A DNA stretch of 64,000 nucleotides from Candidatus Woesearchaeota archaeon (GTDB taxonomy: Archaea > Nanobdellota > Nanobdellia > Pacearchaeales > GW2011-AR1), in contig CAYXTT010000001.1 of the NCBI GenBank assembly GCA_964468545.1, positions 1,894 to 65,893 on the forward strand, in the 5' to 3' direction. Positions 29,298-37,201 of the stretch are shown here, one piece after another. Every line of letters starts with the position of its first letter. Position 1 is the stretch's first letter. Under the pieces are notes generated by a model. It searched no databases, was not told where the DNA came from, and was given only the letters and a program-made list of their open reading frames with translations. The position numbers were made by a program, and so were the translations under genes.

Positions 29298-30944
29298 CTA
29301 CATCCTAAAAAACTTAGCCAACCTCGGGCCATTTTGCCTATGATAATGAGATCCCTTTTCAGAAGAACCATACAACTCCCTCGGAGAACTCTTCATAGGA
29401 TAAAACTTAAAGCTCGCAATTTTCTGTCCATCTCTCAATAAAAACGGCTGCCCAAAATTTCTAACCTCAAGAGTCGCCTGCGCATTCCAATTAGGATCAA
29501 AAAATCCCGCATAATGAACTCTCACCTCGCCCGAATCAGTTTCAATATCCATCATCTCGGAACAAAAATCCTTAGGAACACTAACAACCTCCTTGCTCGA
29601 CAAAATATAAAAAGAATTAGGCCCAACGATAATCTGCTTCTTATCTTCCCCAGACAAATATACCTTATCAAAATACTCCGAAAAAAGATGGTCCCTCCGC
29701 GAAAGATCAATAGGAGGAGTATTATGTTTCGCCACAAAACCAGGATTATTTTCATCCAAATCCAAACTCGCAGAAACAATATTATCATCGACAATAAAAG
29801 AATTTCCAGACAAACCATCCCCCGTCTTTGAATCAAACAAAATCCCCTGACTCCTATTAAGTTCATTCAATTCAGACGCATCAAGACAATCAATCCCAAA
29901 ATCAAAAAGTCTCATCTGATTAAGACAGTCCCCCTCATGAACAATGATATCAAAAGAACGCGGATAAACCTCTATCCAAAGATCCCCCTTGTAACCAAAA
30001 GGAATCTTATCAAAAGACCTACCCCCCTCGACAATCAACCTAACATGAACATCTATTCTACCAATAGAACTCTTGGGATTAATCCGTCCCCCTATCCCCT
30101 CGGGCAAATTAAGACTTTCTTGCAATTTAAAAACATAAATGCACCCCTTATGCAAAAACCCATTTTTACTCAAATCAATATCATAAGAACAATTACGCTC
30201 CAAAAAAGAATCAAAATTAGTTCCAGAAGGAACAGAGGAAAAGGGCAAACAAAAACCCCTACTCCCCAACCTCAAATCCAAAGAAGATGGCTGAATTTGA
30301 CTTTCATTTATCTTATTATTTGAACAAATCACCCTCCTATCAATTAAAGACCTTATCCCATCATCAGAATAAACACCCTTCCCTTCACCCCCCTCCCCAA
30401 CAATCCTTCTCAAAATCCTCTCGACCTTCCCATGTAAATCAGTAATCGTCCAATCATTTTTAAAAACATAATCTGCCATCTCCACACATCTTTTCAAATC
30501 CTGTTTATTCGAATCACCAGACATCATCTCTCTCTGCTCACTAGCCACAAACTCATCAAACGAAACACCATCGACCATCTCTCCCCTCTCGACAACCCGC
30601 GCATACCTCGTTTCAACATCAGCGTCAATCGCAAACAAAACAAAATTCCCTTTTTTCTTTAGCGCCTCAACCTCACTCGGACACCTAACACTCTCAATGA
30701 CACAATCCCCTCCTTCCTTCTCTGCCTTTTTATACAATTCCTCGACGATATACCCCACGCCAAACTTTTCTCTCAAATCATTAGCAACTAAAACCATATT
30801 CACTCTATTCAAACTCAACCCTCTCTTTAAAATCTCTTCACTCAAAAAATCTCTAACAGAACAATGTTTAAACCCCCTGCTCTTAAGATATTCAACAACC
30901 ACTCCTTTCCCCGCACCCAAAGTCCCAGTAACCCCAATAATCAT
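29298..30944 (-). CDS. dcd: P-loop nucleotide kinase (dephospho-CoA-kinase-like) fused to tandem-domain dCTP deaminase
   Basis: N-terminal IIGVTGTLGAGKG...VIESVRCPSE; then IQPSSLDLRLG, NPKSSIGRIDV, RVHYAGFFDP, SHYHRQ. Confidence 0.82.
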   Translation of the reverse strand: MIIGVTGTLGAGKGVVVEYLKSRGFKHCSVRDFLSEEILKRGLSLNRVNMVLVANDLREKFGVGYIVEELYKKAEKEGGDCVIESVRCPSEVEALKKKGNFVLFAIDADVETRYARVVERGEMVDGVSFDEFVASEQREMMSGDSNKQDLKRCVEMADYVFKNDWTITDLHGKVERILRRIVGEGGEGKGVYSDDGIRSLIDRRVICSNNKINESQIQPSSLDLRLGSRGFCLPFSSVPSGTNFDSFLERNCSYDIDLSKNGFLHKGCIYVFKLQESLNLPEGIGGRINPKSSIGRIDVHVRLIVEGGRSFDKIPFGYKGDLWIEVYPRSFDIIVHEGDCLNQMRLFDFGIDCLDASELNELNRSQGILFDSKTGDGLSGNSFIVDDNIVSASLDLDENNPGFVAKHNTPPIDLSRRDHLFSEYFDKVYLSGEDKKQIIVGPNSFYILSSKEVVSVPKDFCSEMMDIETDSGEVRVHYAGFFDPNWNAQATLEVRNFGQPFLLRDGQKIASFKFYPMKSSPRELYGSSEKGSHYHRQNGPRLAKFFRM

Positions 30945-31061
30945 AAAAAGAAATCCGCCCCCAACCTTATAAAAACTATTATACTAAACTATACAAAACC
31001 CAACTAAGCCTAAACCCACAAACACAGACAAACCACACAACATTACCCAGCCCCCATAAAC

Positions 31062-31709
31062 CTAACACCTAACACCCGTCGAACCCCACGCCCCATCTCC
31101 TCTCGTCGTCTCGCTCAACTCCTCAACAACCTCGACCTCAACCGTCGCAACCGGAGCAATAACAATCTGCGCAACTTTATCCCCCGCATTAATCTCAAAA
31201 TCCTCGTCGCCAGTATTCAAAACCACAACGCCATACTCTCCTCTATAACTACACTCAACAACCCCACCCAAAATACAAATTCCCTTCTTCAACGCCAACC
31301 CACTCTTCCCTCGAATATTCGCCCAATAACCTTCCGGCAACTCCATCGCAATCCCCGTCGACACCAAAACTCTTTTCCCCGCACCGACAACATAATCCTC
31401 AGTCGAAAACAAATCCATCGCCGCATCACCCTCGTGCGCATACCTCGGCACAACCGCATTCCCCTTCAACTTCTTAACTTTAATTTTAACCCCACTCTTT
31501 CCAATTAACTCAAACCTCTTAACTCTCCGACCATCTTCAAAAATTTTATATCCCTCAAATTCCTCCAAATCTCTAACCCAAACCTGCCCATCCCCATAAA
31601 GCGCCCGATAAACAACAACATATCTCAAACTATCACAATCTTTCGCCAACGCAACAATTTCATATTTACCTCCTTTAAAATGCCTATATCTCTCTCCTAC
31701 TTCAACCAT
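31062..31709 (-). CDS. dut: DUF1653 domain fused to trimeric dUTPase
   Basis: YRHFKGGKY...VVYRALYG...WVRD; then AAMDL, GKSGLA, GGVVECSYRGE, RGDGAWGSTG. Confidence 0.88.
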   Translation of the reverse strand: MVEVGERYRHFKGGKYEIVALAKDCDSLRYVVVYRALYGDGQVWVRDLEEFEGYKIFEDGRRVKRFELIGKSGVKIKVKKLKGNAVVPRYAHEGDAAMDLFSTEDYVVGAGKRVLVSTGIAMELPEGYWANIRGKSGLALKKGICILGGVVECSYRGEYGVVVLNTGDEDFEINAGDKVAQIVIAPVATVEVEVVEELSETTRGDGAWGSTGVRC

Positions 31710-31786
31710 CCCAATTAATTAAAAACCATCTTTATAAAAATTATTATACTCAAAACAAATTCGCGTCAATCCTGTGGCTCAATTTT

Positions 31787-32569
31787 TCAAACCCTAACCC
31801 CAACTTCCTCAAAATAATCCGCTATACTCTTTCTCAACTCCTTCAAAAATTCCTCACTCACATCTTTCTCGTCGACAAAAGAAGAATCAACAAACTTACC
31901 CTTATTCTTAAACCCCTGCAAAAAAAACCTCCTCGGCTTTCCCCTACAAACCTCATTTATCCACCTCGCCATCTCAACGACACTCTCCTTTGAATGCAAC
32001 CGCCCAACAACCGTCGTTCTAAACTCATAACCCCTGCTAAAATCCGTGTTAGTCCGTGTTAGTCCGTGTGCTAAATTTAATTCCTTATCAAGTTGTCCAA
32101 AATCATAAATCATCTTCATCGACCTTTCCACCGACGACAAATCAACGCTAACGCCAACAATTTTGGAATAATCCTCACGACAACCCTTAACATCCATCGC
32201 AACATAATCCACCAATCCTTCGTCAATCAACTCTTTAAGCCGAGAAGGAAACGACCCATTCGTATCAATCTTCACCTTAAACCCCATCTCTTTTACCCGA
32301 CGAACAAAATCAAAATCCAAACTCATCAACGGCTCACCCCCACTAATACAAACCCCATCCAACTTTCCAACTCGACTCTTTAAAAAATTCAAAACCTCTT
32401 TTTCTGCGAATTGCGAATTGCTAATTGCTAATTGCGCATCAACGGAGTTGACGAGTTCCGGATTATGACAAAACCCACAACGAAAATTACACCCGCACAA
32501 AAAAACAACACAACAAATTTCCTCCGGATAATCAATCGTCGAAACCTTTTGCAACCCAGCAATTTTCAT
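31787..32569 (-). CDS. nrdG: Anaerobic RNR activating enzyme (radical SAM)
   Basis: CNFRCGFCHN, SGGEP, KIDTNG, YEFRTT; two repeat-derived in-frame inserts. Confidence 0.92.
   Translation of the reverse strand: MKIAGLQKVSTIDYPEEICCVVFLCGCNFRCGFCHNPELVNSVDAQLAISNSQFAEKEVLNFLKSRVGKLDGVCISGGEPLMSLDFDFVRRVKEMGFKVKIDTNGSFPSRLKELIDEGLVDYVAMDVKGCREDYSKIVGVSVDLSSVERSMKMIYDFGQLDKELNLAHGLTRTNTDFSRGYEFRTTVVGRLHSKESVVEMARWINEVCRGKPRRFFLQGFKNKGKFVDSSFVDEKDVSEEFLKELRKSIADYFEEVGVRV
32039..32100. repeat. TCCGTGTTAG array plus CAAGTTGTCCAA motif, in-frame in nrdG
   Basis: Decamers at 32043-32069; encodes GQLDKELNLAHGLTRTNTDF. Confidence 0.85.
32405..32436. repeat. Heptamer array TGCGAAT x2 + TGCTAAT x2, in-frame in nrdG
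   Basis: Encodes AQLAISNSQFA shortly after the CxxxCxxC motif. Confidence 0.8.
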
Positions 32570-32694
32570 TCTCCACATTCACAAGCAAACATCATTCTAT
32601 CCTTGAACTCCGCAAACTTCCCCTCGTTCCATTGCGCAGTCGGTCGCAAATACCCGACAACTCGACTCCACACTTCACATTTAGTCCTCTCCAT
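32566..32694 (-). CDS. nrdD: Stand-alone glycyl-radical domain of class III RNR (42 aa)
   Basis: MERTKCEVWSRVVGYLRPTAQWNEGKFAEFKDRMMFACECGE*; RVVGY motif; GGAGG upstream; missed by the ORF track. Confidence 0.88.
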   Translation of the reverse strand: MERTKCEVWSRVVGYLRPTAQWNEGKFAEFKDRMMFACECGE

Positions 32695-34864
32695 CTTCTC
32701 CTCCGAAATTTAATTTAAGTTTCATCGGAACCAAAACTTCATGCCCAATTTTTGACCCCGAAACAATACCATCCTCCTCGATAAAAATCGACGACCCAAC
32801 GCTCTCATCAATAATAATCTCCTCCGCCATTTCCTTCTTGCTGCTCTCAACCTCAATCGCAACAACCTCCCGTTCAGCGTCGCACTTCGGACAATACTCA
32901 TGCTCACCCGCAAGATAACCATGAATCGGACAAATCGAAAATGTCGGCGTAATCGTAAAATATGGCAAATGATAATTATTAGAAATCTTCCTCACCATAT
33001 TCTTAACCGCGTCCTTCGTCATCCTCTCACCAACAAAAGTATGAAACACTGTCCCGCCGGTATACTTACATTGAAATTCATCCTGCAAATCCAACGCCTC
33101 AAAAACATCGTCGGTAAAATTCACCGGCAAATGCGACGAATTCGTGTAATACGGCTTAGCCCCTTTCTGAACCGCCACCTCGTTTGCAACAATAATCCTC
33201 CCAAATCTTTTCTTATCCATCCTCGCAAAACGATAAGTCGCACCCTCACCCGGCGTCGCTTCCAAATTATAAATATTCCCCGTCTCCTCCTGGAACTCCG
33301 CCAACTTATCCCTCATAAAATCCAAAATCTTCAAAGCAAATTCCCGCCCTCTCTCTGTCGCAATGCTTTCCCCCGGCATAAAATTCAAAATCGCCTCATT
33401 CATCCCAAGCAACCCAATCGTCGCAAAATGATTTTTCCAATACTGCCCAAATCTCTGGTATACCTGCCTCAAATAAAACTTACTATAAGGATACAACCCC
33501 ACCTTCGTGAAATTCTCAATCGCCTTCCTCTTAATTTCAAGACTCTCTTTCGTTAACTCCATCAATCTATCCAGTCGCCCGATAAAATCCTCCTCGCTCG
33601 TCGACACATATCCCAACCTCGCCATATTAATCGTTACAACTCCAATCGAACCAGTCTGTGGATTCGACCCAAACAAACCGCCACCACGTTTTTTCAAAGT
33701 AGTATTATCAATTCTCAACCGGCAACACATCGACCTCGCGTCCTCCGGCTTCATATCAGAATTAACAAAATTCGAAAAATACGGTATACCATACTTCGCC
33801 GTCATCTCCCAAATCAAATCATACTCCGGATTATCCCAGTCAAAATCTTTCGTAATATTATAAGTCGGAATCGGGAAAGTAAAAACTTGTCCCGACGCAT
33901 CACCATCCATCATACACTCCGCAAACGCCCGATTCAACATATCCATCTCTGGCTTAAATTCCTTGTATGTCTCAATCTGCGGCTGACCACCAATAATCAC
34001 ATGTTCGTCCATCATATAATCTGGCACTTTCAAATCCATTGTAATATTTGTAAAAGGGGTTTGAAATCCTGTTCTCGTCGGCACCGCCATATTATAACAA
34101 AAACTCTGAATCGCTTTTTTTACTTGCTTGTAATCCAGATTCTCATATCTAATAAATGGAGCCAATAATGTATCAAAATTCGAAAACGCCTGCGCCCCCG
34201 CACTCTCTCCCTGCAAAGTATAAAAAAAATTCACTACCTGCCCCAATGCCGCATTAAAATGTTTTGGTGGCCTACACTCAACTTTCCCTTTCACGCCCCT
34301 AAATCCAACCATCAACAAATCTTTCAAATCCCACCCAACACAATATGCCCCAAGACAATCTAAATCATGAACATGAATATCTCCGGCCTCATGTGCTTTC
34401 CTAATCGCCTCTGGATAAATCCGCCTCATCCAATAATTAGAAATAATCTTCCTCTTAATATACTCATTCAACCCCTGCAAACTATAACCCATATTTGAAT
34501 TCTCCTTTACCATCCAATCGTCTAACCCAATATAATCCTCGACCGCCTCAATTGTATCAAACAATCCCTTAACCTTCCTCAACTCATCATGACTCTGCCT
34601 ATAAAGAATATACGCCTTCGCAACCTTCGCGTGCCCCTCTTCAATCAAAATCTTCTCAACCAAATCCTGAACTTCCTCGACCTCTGGAATCCCAAACTCT
34701 CCGTGAATCTCATTAAGTTTCTCGATGACCATATCTGCCAACCACACTGGTCTCTCTCTATCTTCTCCTCCAACCGCCCGCGCCGCTTTCCAAATCGCCT
34801 CCGCAATCTTCTCTTTCTGAAAAAACACAACACTCCCATCTCTCTTCCTAATTTTCTTTACCAT
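32681..34864 (-). CDS. nrdD: Class III anaerobic ribonucleoside-triphosphate reductase with ATP cone, lacking the glycyl loop
   Basis: KIRKRDG ATP cone, HVHDL, GAQAFSNFDT, SMCCRL, YNLEATPGE, YTGGT, CPIHG...CPKC. Confidence 0.93.
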   Translation of the reverse strand: MVKKIRKRDGSVVFFQKEKIAEAIWKAARAVGGEDRERPVWLADMVIEKLNEIHGEFGIPEVEEVQDLVEKILIEEGHAKVAKAYILYRQSHDELRKVKGLFDTIEAVEDYIGLDDWMVKENSNMGYSLQGLNEYIKRKIISNYWMRRIYPEAIRKAHEAGDIHVHDLDCLGAYCVGWDLKDLLMVGFRGVKGKVECRPPKHFNAALGQVVNFFYTLQGESAGAQAFSNFDTLLAPFIRYENLDYKQVKKAIQSFCYNMAVPTRTGFQTPFTNITMDLKVPDYMMDEHVIIGGQPQIETYKEFKPEMDMLNRAFAECMMDGDASGQVFTFPIPTYNITKDFDWDNPEYDLIWEMTAKYGIPYFSNFVNSDMKPEDARSMCCRLRIDNTTLKKRGGGLFGSNPQTGSIGVVTINMARLGYVSTSEEDFIGRLDRLMELTKESLEIKRKAIENFTKVGLYPYSKFYLRQVYQRFGQYWKNHFATIGLLGMNEAILNFMPGESIATERGREFALKILDFMRDKLAEFQEETGNIYNLEATPGEGATYRFARMDKKRFGRIIVANEVAVQKGAKPYYTNSSHLPVNFTDDVFEALDLQDEFQCKYTGGTVFHTFVGERMTKDAVKNMVRKISNNYHLPYFTITPTFSICPIHGYLAGEHEYCPKCDAEREVVAIEVESSKKEMAEEIIIDESVGSSIFIEEDGIVSGSKIGHEVLVPMKLKLNFGGEDGED

Positions 34865-35240
34865 CTTCCACCTCGCCATATTTTTTATCTTCTTCAAACC
34901 CGCTCCACTTAATCATAGTTCCCCCTCGCTGAGCATCAACAAAATTAAACCCATTCGGATATCTCTCCTTCAACTTGTCAATATTCCCCCGCAAACAATC
35001 CTCTAACTTCCACCCAAAAAAATTACAAATCATAGCCGCATACCACATCATGTCCCCAATATTTTCTTTAATCCCGTCCTTCACCGCTTCATTTTTATGC
35101 GCAAAGGTTTTCTTAATACAACTCGCGATATCACCTGCCTCACCTGCAATCCCGAGCCCCCATGTCGCAATCTCCAACTCTGGCTCATTAAATTTCTTCG
35201 ACGTTCTCTTACAAGCCTCCTGATATTCATTCAATTCCAT
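34848..35240 (-). CDS. MazG-like NTP pyrophosphohydrolase
   Basis: LNEYQ...LGIAGEAGD...ENIGDMMWY...NIDKLKERYP. Confidence 0.85.
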   Translation of the reverse strand: MELNEYQEACKRTSKKFNEPELEIATWGLGIAGEAGDIASCIKKTFAHKNEAVKDGIKENIGDMMWYAAMICNFFGWKLEDCLRGNIDKLKERYPNGFNFVDAQRGGTMIKWSGFEEDKKYGEVEDGKEN

Positions 35241-35241
35241 T

Positions 35242-35307
35242 TTATTTTTCCCTATCCCAAACCGCCAAGTCCCGATACACCGCCAACCCGAAGAAACTCA
35301 AACTCAT
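35242..35307 (-). CDS. Bridging mini-ORF (21 aa), nrdR to mazG
   Basis: MSLSFFGLAVYRDLAVWDREK*; ATGA overlap at start, stop 1 nt before the next ATG. Confidence 0.3.
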   Translation of the reverse strand: MSLSFFGLAVYRDLAVWDREK

Positions 35308-35744
35308 TTGAGTTTCTTTATCTCCTCCTTAAAATCATCAATATCCCCAAAGTCCCGATACACCGCCGCAAACCGAATATACGCAACCTTGTCAATCTTC
35401 TTCAGCTTATTCATAACCATCTCGCCAATCTGCGAACTTTTGATATCCTTCCCCTTCGCAACCCGATAAACATTCGCCTCAATATCATCAACGACCCCAT
35501 CTATCTCCTCACTCGTAAACGGCCGCTTCTGCAAATTCTTGTCAACCCCAACAAACAACTTCTCCCGCAAAAACTTTTCCCGACGCCCATCCTTCTTAAT
35601 AACATTCAAATCCAACTCGACTCGCTCATACGTCGTAAACCGCTTCCCACATTTCAAACACTCCCTTCTCCGACGAGTCACAGAATCACAATCACGCTTA
35701 TCCGTCACCTTCGTCTCAACAGCAGTACAATATGGACACCTCAT
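35304..35744 (-). CDS. nrdR: Transcriptional repressor NrdR
   Basis: MRCPYC...RRRRECLKCGKRFTTYE, ATP cone, DKVAYIRFAAVY. Confidence 0.96.
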   Translation of the reverse strand: MRCPYCTAVETKVTDKRDCDSVTRRRRECLKCGKRFTTYERVELDLNVIKKDGRREKFLREKLFVGVDKNLQKRPFTSEEIDGVVDDIEANVYRVAKGKDIKSSQIGEMVMNKLKKIDKVAYIRFAAVYRDFGDIDDFKEEIKKLK

Positions 35745-35754
35745 TTAATAGTTA

Positions 35755-35802
35755 ATACAAGATATTGTATCTCGCACCCCTCTTTGCCACAATTACTTGT
35801 GG
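35755..35802. promoter_or_regulatory. Tandem NrdR boxes
   Basis: 16-bp pseudo-palindromes ATACAAGATATTGTAT (35755-35770) and CCACAATTACTTGTGG (35787-35802), 32 bp apart, upstream of nrdR. Confidence 0.75.
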
Positions 35803-35959
35803 TCGTAAGCAATCACTAACCAAATGACTATTTAAAGATTGTTGTAGCCCACCATACATTTTCGTTCACTATAGTTAACAATACAAACCGACAGTTACGT
35901 TTTTCTAATGATTACGCAAATTTAAATACTCAAAAAAATCATCGACGAAACAAATCTTC

Positions 35960-37201
35960 TCAATAAACCCCAAACTTCCCACAAATATCCCGAACCTCTC
36001 CCTTAACTCTAACGCGAACAGCCTCATCAAAAATATTTTCAATAACGTCCGCAATCCAATTCCCAACAACAACCATTTCATCCTCCTTCATCCCCATCGT
36101 CGTCAAAATCGGAGTCCCAAGTCGAATTCCGGAAGGATTAAACGGGGTCGACGGATCAAACGGAATCGTATTCGCATTAACAACAATCCCCGCATCCTCC
36201 AACGCAACCGCAACTTCCTTCCCTTTCCCCGCCTCACCGACGACAACCGTCTTAATCAAATCAATCAAAATCAAATGATTATCACTCCCGCCACTAACCA
36301 AATTAATTCCTCTCTTCTTCAATGTCTCTGCCAAAACCTTACAATTCTTAACAATCTGCAAAGAATACTCCTTAAACCCCGACGTCAACGCCTCCCCAAA
36401 ACAAACCGCCTTCGCCGCAATCGTATGTTCATGAGGTCCACCCTGCAACCCCGGAAAAACCGCCTTATCAACAGCTTTACCAAACTCATCCTTACACATT
36501 ATAATAGCACCCCGCGGTCCCCTCAAAGTTTTATGCGTTGTCGTCGTCACAAAATCAAAATCAGGAAATGGAGAACAATGGATTCCTGAAGCAACCATCC
36601 CCGCAATATGAGAAATGTCAGCCAAACAATATGCCCCGACCTCCCGAGCAATCGAAACAAACCCCCGAAAATCAATCTCCCGTGGATAAGCCGTCGCCCC
36701 ACAAACAATCATCTTCGGCCTCTCCGCCAAAGCAATCTCGCGAACCCTCGCCATATCAATAAAACCATTTTCACCGACGCCATAAGAAACAAACTCATAA
36801 TCCTTCCCAGAAAAATTAACAGGCGACCCATGCGTCAAATGCCCACCATGACTCAAATCCATTCCCAAAATCTTATCGCCCTTTTCCAAAACCGCCGCAT
36901 AAACCGCCATGTTAGCCGGACTCCCAGAATTCGGCTGCACATTCACATGCCCCGCCCCAAACAATTTCTTCGCCCGCTCAATCGCCAAATTCTCAATCTT
37001 GTCAACAAACTCATTCCCCTGATAATACCGCTTCCCAGGATAACCTTCCGCATACTTGTTATTCAAAACCGAACCACACGCCGCCAAAACATCCTTCGAA
37101 CAAAAATTCTCCGACGGTATCATATTCAAAGTCGTCTTCTGCCTGCCCAACTCACCGACGACAATATCATTCACCTCTTTATCCGAAATCCAAAAAGTCA
37201 T
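35960..37201 (-). CDS. glyA: Serine hydroxymethyltransferase
   Basis: IPSENF, NKYAEGYPGKRYY, GGHLTHG, TTTTHKTLRGPRG. Confidence 0.96.
   Translation of the reverse strand: MTFWISDKEVNDIVVGELGRQKTTLNMIPSENFCSKDVLAACGSVLNNKYAEGYPGKRYYQGNEFVDKIENLAIERAKKLFGAGHVNVQPNSGSPANMAVYAAVLEKGDKILGMDLSHGGHLTHGSPVNFSGKDYEFVSYGVGENGFIDMARVREIALAERPKMIVCGATAYPREIDFRGFVSIAREVGAYCLADISHIAGMVASGIHCSPFPDFDFVTTTTHKTLRGPRGAIIMCKDEFGKAVDKAVFPGLQGGPHEHTIAAKAVCFGEALTSGFKEYSLQIVKNCKVLAETLKKRGINLVSGGSDNHLILIDLIKTVVVGEAGKGKEVAVALEDAGIVVNANTIPFDPSTPFNPSGIRLGTPILTTMGMKEDEMVVVGNWIADVIENIFDEAVRVRVKGEVRDICGKFGVY

Noticed and set aside
29123..29371. 82-aa ORF on the - strand
   Set aside because: Overlaps tRNA-Lys and the dcd 3' end; no recognisable motif.
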